Shown here one piece after another: positions 51,961 through 64,000 of a stretch of DNA of 64,000 bases. The DNA comes from Podarcis bocagei (lineage: Eukaryota): the NCBI GenBank assembly GCA_964188305.1, contig OZ076886.1. The stretch is one strand, 5' to 3'. Positions within the stretch are counted from its first letter, which is position 1, and every line of letters starts with the position of its first letter. The position numbers were made by a program, and so were the translations under genes. Below the pieces are notes generated by a model. That model did not search any database. It had not been told where the DNA came from and saw only the letters and a program-made list of their open reading frames with translations.

Positions 51961-53524
51961 ATACTACACCTTGCTGTTGTTAAAACATGAATGCTGACTC
52001 AAACAGTTAACTGTAGACCTCTGCTCTGTGGGTGCAGTGAAAACTTTTATCTAGTAGAACACACATAATATCATTCACAATACCCAGCATCCATCTTTGT
52101 TGAGGCTGTTTGTTACACCTGTGCTTTTTGATGCCCTTGCTTTGTAATATTGAAAATCATCTCAACATCAAAGAAAGGTTGGAGCAGCTGCTTGTTGAAA
52201 CCAACCTAGCCTATACCATAAACATCTCCCCAAGGTCTAATGCCCATTTAAAGCAAACTCTAGTACCAGCAAATTACACATTTCCCCCTCTTAATTCAAA
52301 TGGAGATTTCCCAGTTGAGCCTGCTCTAGTAAGAGAGGTTAGTCTCTCAACCTTCTAAGCACATTGTAATTTTCCTAGCTATCATTTTCTGCCCTGTCTC
52401 TTGGGAGGTGGAGAATATTCATTCAATTAGGTTGGTTTCCACAGTGAATGAATTGCATATACTATTGAGATATTTCTTGAAATCCCTCCATCCACCCTTT
52501 GGCAGAAGGAATAATTGAAGACATGCTGATACATTTGCCAAGGCAGTTGGAAGTCAGGTGATACTACTTGTGCACATGAAAAGATAATGCAAAATATATA
52601 TGGCAGGGACGATTTTGGATAGCAGTACAGATCTGGGGGAATCAAGATCTCTGCGGTTGCTGCACCTCAATTGCTTACGAAATTTTAGTAGAGTCACCAG
52701 TTTGAAGATGCTTTGGGTATGCATTTGAATGTGTCTATATGTATAAATGCTTGCTTTTCATAAGTTTATAAATATATAAATTTTGTTTACTTTGTTAAAC
52801 AATGAAGATAAAATCATACACTTCTGCACAGTATGACAGTGAGTCTCTCTTATTTGGGATCTAATAATTAACCAGACTATTCCTCTAAGCTTCTTCCTTT
52901 TTAACATACTTCATTTCCGAGGCCTTTTAAAATTATGGACTCTTCCCGCAGATAAAATGTTTGTCTCTTCACTAACTAGGCGAAACTGACAGTCCAAACC
53001 CTGGCTACTTCTCCTCTGCAAAGCAGAGGATAGCATGGGATCCCCAGCTGTAGCAGTCCAATATACAAACCCTCTCAGGCCCGGTCAAGTTGCATAACAG
53101 TCTAAGGCTATGATGTCAAGGTGATTTTAAAGGTTTATAAGATTTGATGCTTTTGAGCATTCTTGCATTGGTTTTTTTCTTTCAACATCCGATAGCAACA
53201 CCCTAAAAATTCTCATCGATTTTGGGGGTGAGCAAGACTGTGTTCACATATCCCTTACAAAGACATGGGTTAGGAACCCTAATTAGGTAGACAGCCACTG
53301 TGGTGAAGAAGTGATGTATGGGGCAAGAGTTAAGTATCCCTCCTCTCACCTATACTATCTTCCCTGAAAATTGTGTCTTTCCAAAGCCATTTCCTAGAGG
53401 AGCTTAAAACTGTGGGATTAGTTGGATGAGAACTTCCCTGGAACCACCATTGGCTCACTGCTTGTTTGCAGAACCTGTTCATGGCACTCATAGGTCTTTT
53501 GGTGGCTGCCGGCTGCCATTTCTT

Positions 53525-53690
53525 CTCTAAGAAAACCCTAAAGATTTTCATGAAGCAGAACTGCTCTTTACAGAAACCATGTTGATTTGTCCTCAGCAAG
53601 GCCTATATACTTAGAATTTGAGATTCAATAATGCCTTTCACTAACGTAATGACAGACTTTAACAGGCCTGTAATTTCTTGGTTTTCCCAT
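53525..53690 (-). mobile_element. CR1 RT fragment (decayed)
   Basis: Minus strand gives PRNYRPV (P.NYRPVSL) and LLRTNQHGFCKEQFC (NQHGF.K.KSC). Confidence 0.75.
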
Positions 53691-54213
53691 GAATGATATC
53701 TAAATATATGAGGTCAAAGAAGAACATAAAATTAAAACCTCATTCACTATTGAGCTACCCAGAGCAAGTAACAAGGGTAACAATGGCTAGTAATGAAATA
53801 TATGTCCATAGTTTTTGCTTTGTGTTATGGAAGCAACTCAAAGTTTTGCTTTTATTGGCTTAACTCTTAATCATTTTGAGAATAATTAATATCAGATAAA
53901 ACGAGTGCTCTCCAGAAGTCATGGTTCCCTGCAAGTTAAATTATAAATCAAATTGTAATTATGTTCCACAAAGAACTACAAGCCCCACTGGTTAAAATCT
54001 ATAGGGAAACAAATACCAGTCAAGTACAACCAGTTTATCTCATTTTGACATTTAGTGTTACAAGTGTTCTACCTCAATGGAGATAACTGAAAACACTATG
54101 TGGAAAGTTTTTCAAGGAGTTGTATAAATGACCAACTAATTTCTGCTGTTTGTGATAGACAAATATTTAAAAATGCACACAAATTTCAGCTTTAAGGATG
54201 GACTACAATATTG

Positions 54214-54770
54214 TGTGGCGAGGCCCTGGACCCCCTAGCTCTCGCCAAAATAAATACACCAACACAAGTATATGGGTTAATGGGATAAATAAGGCCACAA
54301 CTTTATTGGTTACAAATGTGAGCGGTTTGGCTTAGGCAATTGGGTGAAGCAAGACTATATCCTGACTCCTGCCTGACTGCAGGAAGTCTCTTAAGGGTCA
54401 ACCACTGAAAGGGGGAGCCCTATGATGTACATAATTTAAGAGCACCCCCAGGGTCACCACTGGGGTCGTGGCATGACCCTAGCCCATGCCCAGGCTTTGG
54501 ACAGGAACCACACCCCCAGATCCCTTTAACGGGATCCCCTTAACGAGAAGGGGCAGGTGGAGGCAACAACCTCTCCTCCCATAATAAGGCTTACCCAATA
54601 CCTAACCTTACAAAGTTGTGACAATTGCTACTTGGTAGGTGAAAACCAATTTTGCCAAGTGGAAAAATTCATACCTGGCCCCGACAACTAGGTGACTAAT
54701 ATAAGACTCCAGGGTTGCTGCGAGGACCCGGATTCCCACCCGCAAAGCAACCCCTCCTAAAAGGGGGAGC
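54214..54770 (-). mobile_element. Truncated LTR related to 6015-6786
   Basis: Colinear shared blocks GGCCACAACTTTATT, GCTTAGGCA(A)TTGG, CCTTTAACGG and AACCTTACA(A)AGTTGTGAC. Minus-strand AATAAA at 54302-54307. Confidence 0.7.
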
Positions 54771-55567
54771 TGACTAATGCAAAGGAGATTGTCTCATCAG
54801 TGCAAACGTTTATGTTTGCCCAATGAGACAATCTCCTCTCTCCTTCTCCTGCATGCTGTTCTGGGATTCTTCTGACCCTTTGAAGCAGATGTGGGGGAGC
54901 TGTGGGGGCGCAAGAGAGGAGAGAGGGGGAAAGGTCTATTGCATTAACTTCTGTTAGTACGTGTTAGTTGAATCTGGCCCTAATTTTTCCTTCATCAAAG
55001 ATCATACAACACTCTGAACAATACAGTACCATTGTCATGCACTTTACCTAAACATATAGCACTATCTATGTTCTATCTATCTATGTTCTATCAGAGCAGT
55101 TTTATGATATGAAACAGACTTAAAAATGGTAATGACTCTACACCATGGAATGAATGGTTATTTGATGCAGGGATTTTTAGGAATTGGACTCATGGTCATC
55201 TAATCAGATGAAGATGCATGCAGAGTCAGGCTTATAGTCTATATCTCCAGGGTCCCAGGATAGGGATCTTTCCCAACTCTACTTGCTGTAATGGGAGATG
55301 TTGGCTTTTGAACCTAGCATACGAAGCATGTGCTGCTCCTTGCCCACCACAGCGCTCAGATCACTTCTGCCTGAAAATTCTTCAGGATTCAAAAATTTGT
55401 GAATATTCATTACTCACAAGACTCTTCCTGTCTCTTTTTACTTCTCCAGTAAGTAAAGTAGCAAAAAGTGATCTCATATGAATATGGATGCCATGAAGAC
55501 TATGCATCTATGGGGGAAAGATTTTTTTCTCTCCTTTGGAGGTATTTCCTACATGAGGTATTAAAAG

Positions 55568-55568
<1 letters not shown>

Positions 55569-55623
<55 letters not shown>

Positions 55624-55735
55624 TATTTATGCCCCCGCCCATCTGGCTGGGTTTCCCCAGCTACTCTGGGTGGCTTCCAATCGAATATTAAAAACAAAAT
55701 ACAACATTAAATATTAAAAACTTCCCTAAACAGGG
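55569..55735 (-). mobile_element. Young L2 3' end with adjacent (AAT)n
   Basis: Reverse complement of the 18391 element. (AAT)n at 55569-55622. Confidence 0.85.
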
Positions 55736-56561
55736 AACAACACAGTAAAAGCAACAACACAGTAATGAGCATATTTCTCCAGGATGGACAGAAAAGGTGA
55801 AGACACTTCAAAATGGTAAGTTTCATTTTTGGTGCAAAATAAGGATGACAAGCATTCTGTCTGATTTTTGACATTTTCCCCTAGCACAAAGCACACTGTT
55901 ATTTTGCAAAGCTACTTTTTGTTCTCTTTGCAAGAAGGATGTGTTCACATATGATCTGCGGCAGCGGCAGAATGAGCACATGCATTGCTAGATCACACAA
56001 TACTTTCTTCTTACAGTCACAAGGATATACAAGCTACTGTTCTCACTGTGCAATTTAACTATAAGATCTCACATAAGAAGAATAAAGTGCAACCCTAAGC
56101 AAACTTATCCAGAATTAAATCTTTCTGAATGCAGATGGTCATTTCTATTCACTTGCGCACATTTACACAGGCAATGACTTGCTGGTGTCTCTTTCCTCTC
56201 CTACCTCCAGCTTCTTTCAATAAACTGGAAAAACTTCTGGGCTACTGTATCCGTACTTGTAAGGATCCTAAGCACTAACTAGTTGCATGAGAGACTGGGT
56301 AAATATGCCATGACATGTTTGTTAGTTTTTAAAGTGTAATCTTTATTTTTAACTGATCCTGAAACAGCGAGAAAGAAAGAGAGACTAAGTGGTCCTGAAG
56401 CCAGTATACCTCTATCAGTTATGTGCCTGAGCTTTGGGATTGTGAAGGTAGCTTCCAGATCTGGACCAGATTTGTCTGTGCTAGCCTACTGAACATAATG
56501 GAATTTAAAGGCTTCCTCCCAGTCTGAAAATGAGATGCCATGTGGTTAGCAGTTAAATATA

Positions 56562-56585
56562 GTTGTTGTTGTTGTTGTTGTTGTT
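56562..56585. repeat. (GTT)n microsatellite
   Basis: Direct reading. Confidence 0.9.
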
Positions 56586-56809
56586 AAGACATCAGCCTTA
56601 GCTTCCACTTTCCTGGCCTTGTAGAGCTTGAGCCAACATGAGATAAACTTAACTTTCTTATTAAACTAGTAGGGTGTTTCCCCCCACTGAATAACAATAT
56701 AAAACATATTTTCAAACTTTAACTAAGACGGGCAACCTTTTTCTGATCTAGAACATAGTTCCTTAACCAGCCAACCGTCTTATGACATATTAAATTGTAG
56801 GCTCCAGCT

Positions 56810-57195
56810 AGGGATGGGTGACTCTGTCAATTTCAGTCTTTCTAATTTTTCATTTTACCAGTCTTAGGTTCACCTCTCCACATTTCCACATTGGTTTGTG
56901 TTTTCTTTCTTTCTTTCTTTTTTAGGAAAGTCCTTGTGAAAATCATCAACAATTTATTGCGAATTTCTGCTACTATACACATTTCTTCACATCCCTTTCA
57001 CTAATATATGCATTTATACGCACTGTTTACCCCAGTATATGAATTGTTGTACATATTACTTGAGTTGGACAACTGCACTGCAAAATTTGGAGAAGTGTGA
57101 ATTTCAAAGGATGGCTATGTTTCAGTTCACTTCAGTGTGAATTAGGTACATCCACCTTTAAATGCAAACTGAATCTAATTTCTCCCCCACCCTTG
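56810..57195. mobile_element. Old dispersed repeat (partial relative at ~49905-50020)
   Basis: Ends AGGGATGGGTGA / TCTCCCCCACCCT. The 5' part resembles 49903-50015 (TCTGTC.ATTT...TCTTA.GTTC...TCTCCAC). Confidence 0.5.
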
Positions 57196-58214
57196 TTTCT
57201 GGCCCATTAATGCTACTGCTATGACATGTTTGTTAGTTTTTAAAGTATCACGGGAATATTTGTTGTTTTTCCTGTAACAGTTTACCATTGCTTTCCTTCT
57301 ATAATTTGTCACTTTTGCAAATTAGATCACTTTCAGCATTCTGTATGATTTGTTTCCACAAACCTTGTGTGGAGGTGATAAACTGGCTACTGTTTATAGA
57401 ATATTCATTGAGATTTGATTGTGGAGAGCTTACAGGACCTAACAGCAAAAAATAATAATCCATATTTATTTTTTATTTTTGGAAGTGAGTTCATTGCATA
57501 AGCTTGCCAAATCCACTTTGATTCTGCCAGCCATGGCTATCATAGATACATGATCAATTCCCCTGCTTAGTTCATCATGCTTACTGAATTAGTCTTATTA
57601 TCAAGTATGTTTAATTAGAAATGCTTTCCTTTGAAAAACAACAACCCTGCCACCATAGCTACTGTCGCTTGAATACTTAACTTTGATAGCTCATAAAAAC
57701 TACATAATCAGACAATACTTTTGTAGCTGCTGAATTATTCCTGAATCTTATTTCCCAACTTAACTTATTGCTTTTAATATTAAATTTATATCTTTCCATC
57801 TCCTGGAATGGAAATCTCATTTAATCTTTTTTAGCCCGTTATTAGGTGTGAACTCATGTTTTCTCACAATACCAAGGCTCACTGTCTTCTGTAATGGCAG
57901 TGATGAATTATGCTTTCAGCTTGGCCAGTGCTGAACACACTGTAAGAAAGATGAAGAGCCTGAAAAAATGCCAGCTCTGGAAGGAGAAAGTGTTGAAGGC
58001 AGTACTCTGAAAGGAGGGTGTGTGTGAAAATGCTTCAAGGGTTTTAATGCAATAGCCAGGTAACAATCTATTCCAAGATGAATAGCTCCCCAAGTTACTG
58101 CTTGCTATTCTACTCACCAGCACCTTTCCAGCATGTGTTGCTATCTGATGATCACTATTGTCCTTGTCCCTACCAACCCTTAATTCCTATTGTTTCTCCA
58201 GAGTTCTTTCAGAA

Positions 58215-58635
58215 CTGGGATCATAAAACACCAATCCTGACAGATCTACATTGGCTTCCTGTTTGCTTCCAGGATGACCTATGAAGTCCCCAAACAGTTG
58301 GGGAACCAGATATCTGAAGGAATGCCTCTCCTTCTATCAACATGCCTGGGTCCTACCACTGAGGGGGAAATACATCAGTTCATCACATGGGACTTCTCTG
58401 TGGTAACACTTTGACTCTAGAATAACCTCCCCTAGAATCATATATGATTTTGGCACCAGGCAAAGACCTATTCATTTTTCTGTGCACTTATGCCATCACT
58501 GCATTTCTGGTAGTTCTAATGACTGACTGAACTTTCAATGCTGTATCTTTAAGTGTCTGGAATGGTTCTTGTGCAATTATATTGTAACCGACCACTGGAA
58601 CACATCAAAAAGGCTGAAAATATACTTAATAAATA
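58215..58635 (+). mobile_element. Decayed L2 3' region
   Basis: DHKTPILTDLHWLPVCF (L2 HITP.L..LHWLP motif), later TGTAACCG...AATAAATAA tail. Confidence 0.8.
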
Positions 58636-59762
58636 ACTTTCCTCCTCTTATTTTCCTCTAAAGTTTGATAATATTATTACTGCTCTGTCTAGATGACTTT
58701 GCTGGGTAGCTTTTAATGCCTCTCTACATCCATTCACAAATTTAATATCATGCTAAGTTCTGTCATTATCACCTTATCATCATCTCAAAATTAATAGGTA
58801 GAACAGTGCCACCTCTAACACAGTGCCACCCCTAACACAAATCTGCACAGAAATTATTGCTTCTGGCAGGTGAGATGCCTAGATTCCTTGTATGCCTGAA
58901 AACTTCCCAGCAGAAAGCTTAGCAGTAAAACATTGGTCAAGATGAATCCATGTTACTGTATTAATACAAGTAGCACAAGCGGAATCCATTTTATTTTTTG
59001 ATAGCCATGTCAGAGACAAGAGCACACCATGCACACCAAGCCAATAATTTAAATGAAAAGGTATGGGAATTTGCACAGAGATAGCCCACCCAACTCCTCC
59101 ATCAATAAACAGCAACAAATTATCCAGCAGGAAACTACAATCTTAAACTTCCAACAATAGCTGGATCATTATGAATTCTAGATGACAGTCAACTAGTATC
59201 AGGTTCACATGTGAACTTTGCGTGTAGACTAGTACACAAAGCAAATTTGATTCAAGGATCTTTAGCTATGGTCACTTAGTACTGCTCCACACATTTTATA
59301 ATTATACAGACCTTCACTGATAGTAGAAAACACTGATATTAGAAATCTGATGAAGGTACTTGAATACTTAGGTTGCTCTGAGTCAGGAAACTAATCAGTT
59401 AATAAACTTCTTCCTGCTGCTGATTAGAAATCAGACTAGCATACTAACTGGATAAGAGACTGAACCATAGTCACTTGTAGCCCATGACCACTGCTTTCTG
59501 TTGGGTTTGATACCTGCTGGAGAAATAAAGGGAAGCCATAAGAGATATGAAAGGGGGGACTCAGTGGACTGGCACATGATCTAAAGGTGCCAGTCCAGTG
59601 AAATAGGCAAATGTTTTTATTATCTTGCCTTGTAAGAGTAAATTAAAACCATATTCTTATTTAGACTATTGAAGTTTTATATCAACTGGTTTCTTTGCTC
59701 AGATTCTTTCCCAAACTTTACTGCTTCCAAACTCTGCCACATCTATATTTGTGGCCTTAATT

Positions 59763-59766
<4 letters not shown>

Positions 59767-59797
<31 letters not shown>
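59767..59797. repeat. (CA)n microsatellite
   Basis: Direct reading. Confidence 0.95.
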
Positions 59798-59800
<3 letters not shown>

Positions 59801-59856
59801 GCTTTAATTAGATTTTTCTATTTTTCCAATTGAATATCCTGGTTCTCCTGCTACTA

Positions 59857-60082
59857 AAGTGGTACCTTGGGTTACATACGCTTCAGGTTACAGACTCCGC
59901 TAACCCAGAAATAGTACCTCGAGTTAAGAACTTTGCTTCAGGATGAGAACAGAAATCGTGCTCTGGCGGCGTGGCAGCAGCAGGAGGCCCCATTAGCTAA
60001 AGTGGTACCTCAGGTTAAGGACAGTTTCAGGTTAAGTACGGACCTCCGGAACAAATTAAGTACTTAACCTGAGGTACCACTG
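59857..60082. mobile_element. Tc1/mariner MITE, family A copy 2
   Basis: Near-identical to 11128-11369, TA flanks, first TIR base mutated. Confidence 0.92.
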
Positions 60083-62514
60083 TATATGTGTTCCCTTTAT
60101 GCCTTCTTTTTATGCATCTCCTCAGTCTTTGTGTTCTTACACTAACAGCCACACAGACTTTCACATGCTGCATGACAGAATGTTCTGTCTCCTTGCCCTC
60201 AAAAGAGTTAAGTAGCAGCCTCAAAGAATGTGGCAATGGGAGACCAGGATCTTGTGGAAGAACCAATCATAAGGTGGCCTGCTGGTCTATTTAAGGATGC
60301 TAGTTGAGCCTCACTCCTTAACATTCACTTTTGTGGCAAAAGGCAATTTACCTCATACAGGAAGGAACACCTAGAGTGTGAGGACAAAGCTTTATATCTT
60401 GAATCATTTTGTGAAATCACTATTTTTTGTTTCATTCCATGAAGTACTTCACAGTTCATGCTTTGTTGTTGTACCACTAATGCCTGCCATATTGTTGTCC
60501 ATTCATCTAGAGCTGACACCAGAACTAACATGGGAACACATGTACACAATTCCCTACTCCTCTTCTCCCACACACAATGAGTTGTCATAAAATAGAGGGA
60601 GGCCTCTCTTCACATAAATATGTGTGATTATGGGCAGGAGAAGCACTTTCCCATCTTTTTTGGTAGTAGGTTCCCAATCACATTGAGGAAAGGAAGTATA
60701 TATCAATATGCTAGTTCTTTTAATCTGCTAAATTTGTTTTTCATGCAGTACCATCACCCCTGGCCTTTGAGGAAGTCTCCAGCCATGCTCCTTAGGAATC
60801 TAGATGAAGCTTGGGCTAACACAAAACCTTGTGGTTGTGTCAAACAAATAAGGGCCATGTCAATATTTCAAGGTCTAAAGAGAAACAAGAATGGCTAGAG
60901 GTGATCACGATTGGCTCTAGATCACCTGGAACTGTACTGGCCTACTGCAGCCACTGTAATGCTGGCTTGTTGACTTCACCTATGTTACCATTATTTTTAT
61001 TATTTTTAGGCTGCGCGCTATCAAAAATTATCATTCTTTGTAGAAATTGATTGTTCCAACTGTGTGAAGTTGATCTGAATATCTACCACATGCAATTCCA
61101 GATAGGTGAATTAAGTGAACTGGCCTCCAAATGTTTGAAAGTATATTTATATGCACTTGCTGATACGTATCTGGACTTTCAAATTGCAAGGCAGAAAATA
61201 ACTGAAATGTATTAGCAGTGTCTGTTGTAGCACCTGTGTGGGAAGACTAATAATGAATGACAAAAAGTTATAAGCCATAAAATTGCATGGTGTCATCTGC
61301 TTGAGGCGATAATATTCCCAAGATAAACTTTTTGTAAGCTTGAACAGTGTTTGAATTTGAAAGAGCTTGCTAGAATAGTCAATAAAGAGGAAATAAAAAT
61401 AAGATAAATAGACAAAAAGCATAATATACTGGTTCAGTGGATGTACCACTAAACTACAATAACGATTGCAGTGAGACTCAAATGCAAAGGTTGTTAGTAT
61501 CCACAGAGCAGAATTACCGTGGAGACAGATTCAATTTTATTGGGGCGGGGAGAGGGGAGTAGAATATGACTACCTACTTTTATCATAGTCTGTTCCTCAT
61601 GAGCGCTCTACGTTGCAGAGTATAAAGGTAATTCCCAATCCTTTGAGCTGCAGCTATTGAATGACAATTCAATTTGTATTCAGTGTGAAAATGACTGGCT
61701 AAGTGGTTAATGCTCAAGACCACAATTTTGATAGGAGATTAGCTAGGCCTCTGAATATGGACAAACATTGCATTTGGGTGGTAGACATAACATGGGCTTT
61801 TTTTGTTCCCTGTTATCTTCCTGAAAGAAGATAAAGGAGGGAGTTTCACTTTTTCATGTTAGTGATCAGGACAAAACCGAATGAATGCTCGTACCATTGT
61901 TAGCAGGGTCAAAAGGACACCCCATTTCTTCATTCAAGACTGGGAATGGCAGTGCCCACATATACGTCCATTAATAATACAATAGCATCCCAGATATTCC
62001 ATCAACAGAATGCAGTTAATGTGCAGAAATGTCAGGGTAATGGGGTAAAGACAAAAATGTCCAGAACCATGTTGGCTGGAATAAATCAACCACTTAAAAA
62101 TATATGTGATTTCACATCATTAATTAGGAAGTATAGCCCAATATTCTGTTTGTATTGTTACCTTTTTTTTTTTTTACTGAATAGTTAGATTATCTACCCA
62201 GGTAAAAAACAAGTCATAAGAGAGTCTTATCAAGTTGGAGCAAGCGTTCCACTTAGCAGACTTGCACCAACAATGGAGGAAGATCAATTTTCACCAATTC
62301 CTCTTTCCCCAGTGGCCCCAAACAGTTCCAGATGAAGAATGAACCCTCCTAATCAGCATTAGAGACTGTGCAAGGGTATGAAAAGAAATCAACAAAAATT
62401 ATCTCATCCAATAAAGAGTCTATGGACAAATTATATATATATTTAACTTAACCTTATAATAAATTCTTGCTCTTTAAAAAAGAAAAAGCTTCCTTAATTT
62501 CACCTATTTTTATA

Positions 62515-62925
62515 TTAGCCTAGTTAATAAGGCATAGCAATGAGATTGATCCACAACTGAGTCAGTCTTCAACCAAGTATGCCACATAATCCCGTATATA
62601 CTAGAAGACGAGACAAAACAATGGGTACACCTGGAGAGGGACACAATTGAAAATACCTGCACCACAGCATACCCATAACTCCCAAACAAACTAAAGAAAA
62701 TTCCCACAACACTAAACAGGTTCACACAGACCATGCTTAAAGCATGGAAAATGGAAGTAGGTAAACGGTCCCCACCCCATCCCCACAAATTCCCCTGGCA
62801 CATCACCCATTGTTCCATCGCGCAGCACAAAACCTCCAGATAAAAACCCGGCAAACCAAAGGGAAACGGGAAAGGGATGGTATTCACAATATACAAAATA
62901 CTTACTCCAAAATCCCACAAACAAC
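62515..62925 (+). mobile_element. L1/Tx1-clade ORF2 fragment (post-RT region)
   Basis: A/C-rich. Translates KQWVHLERDTIE...LNRFTQTMLKAWK...SP, then SLAHHPLF after a frameshift; this spacing resembles the non-mammalian L1 ORF2 C-terminal region. Stops and frameshifts present. Confidence 0.55.
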
Positions 62926-62926
62926 C

Positions 62927-62978
62927 ATCTGACTTTTAGAAGACATCTGAAGGCAGCCCTGTTTTATCACATTATTAT

Positions 62979-63010
<32 letters not shown>

Positions 63011-63128
63011 TTTACTATTACTACTACTAATAATAATAATAATATTGTGTTGGGAGCCACCCAGAGTGGCTGGGGAAACACAGCCAGATAGGCGGGGTAT
63101 AAATAATAAACTATTCTTATTATTATTA
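62927..63128 (+). mobile_element. L2 3' end with internal microsatellite hairpin
   Basis: Homologous to 18391 (GACATCTGAAGGCAGCCCTGTTT ... GGGAGCCACCCAGAGTGGCTGGGGAAAC). Confidence 0.85.
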
Positions 63129-63845
63129 AACTTAAAAAACAGAGCAAACAGCAACAAAAGTGGAGATTTAGCTCTTCAACAACTAAAAACAGCTTCCTTG
63201 TACAAAAGTTGCACATTTCTTTAATCCAGTACAGACAAGCAATGAAGTCTGATCACAGAGAAAAAAATGTCATTCTGTTGAACTTTCCAGAATACATTCC
63301 TCTGTGTTTCAGTGATAAAAGGTCAGGGTTTCCTTTCTCCTCAGCATAGCCTGACCTCTGACACAAGGAAATCAAATGAAACAAAATATTATTTCAGAAG
63401 GCTTCCTAACCAGATAGCTATTGCTCAAGAGAATATAGAGCTCCCGAATCACCAAGAAGCAATTTTCAACTTGAAGTTATAAAGACAGAAATGTCTTCCT
63501 GTTTTTGAGACATTATAGTTACTACCTGCAAAAAAGATTGAAAATCAGGAGGTGTGTCAAACAAACCAAAACAGCTGTTGAAAATCCAAAGGTGAGAATG
63601 TGATATTTAAGAGCAGCAGAACTTGTCAAACACGAGAAGCCTGGAATTCTAATAAGCTGTTAACTTACACTTAGGGCTTGAAACAATTGATTCTTCTATT
63701 TTTAGCAAAACATAGTAAACACTAATATGCAGTTGTCCTATTAAAACACACTTCATATGTTCTCTCACCAGGGTGGTTAATACAATCTTCCTGGATCCTC
63801 TTACATCACGCTAGGACCATGTATATAGCTCCTGCCATGCAATTA

Positions 63846-64000
63846 CAGTGGTACCTCAGGTTAAGTTCTTAACCTGAAACTGTTCTTAACCTGAAGCACC
63901 ACTTTAGCTAATGGGGCCTCCTGCTGCCGCCGCACCGCCGGAGCACGATTTCTGTTCTCATTCTGAAGTAAAGTTCTTAACCTGAAGCACTATTTCTGTA
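63846..64000. mobile_element. Tc1/mariner MITE, family A copy 3 (opposite orientation, internally deleted, runs to window end)
   Basis: TA|CAGTGGTACCTCAGGTTAAG, followed by the reverse complement of the family A body. Confidence 0.88.

Noticed and set aside
58803-58838. 18-bp tandem duplication (ACAGTGCCACC[T/C]CTAAC x2)
   Set aside because: Ordinary local slippage duplication with no further structure.

Overview
Non-coding vertebrate genomic DNA, not a prokaryotic or viral locus. The repeat content points to a squamate reptile, most likely a lacertid lizard: a Sauria SINE, a Squam3-like SINE, and squamate-type L2, CR1, Penelope and MITE copies. I recognise no protein-coding exon. ORFs in the track are chance ORFs, microsatellite translations or decayed LINE fragments. 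The window reads as a long intron or intergenic region with one 164-nt assembly gap. It holds decayed L2, CR1 and L1 LINEs, several solo LTRs, hAT and Tc1/mariner MITEs (many with checkable TSDs), and microsatellites. The best leads are: (1) a minimal hammerhead-ribozyme motif in an inverted Penelope-like insertion (35227-35266); (2) a perfect RFX X-box with a CCAAT box and a splice donor (19275-19482), plus a second X-box/CCAAT pair at 24390; (3) a candidate 3-nt microexon and other isolated splice signals; (4) a solitary fish-like IR/DR Tc1 terminal repeat; (5) repeat-free, motif-dense enhancer-like blocks. I found no convincing wholly new biological system. Repeat family names come from motif recognition, not database searches.
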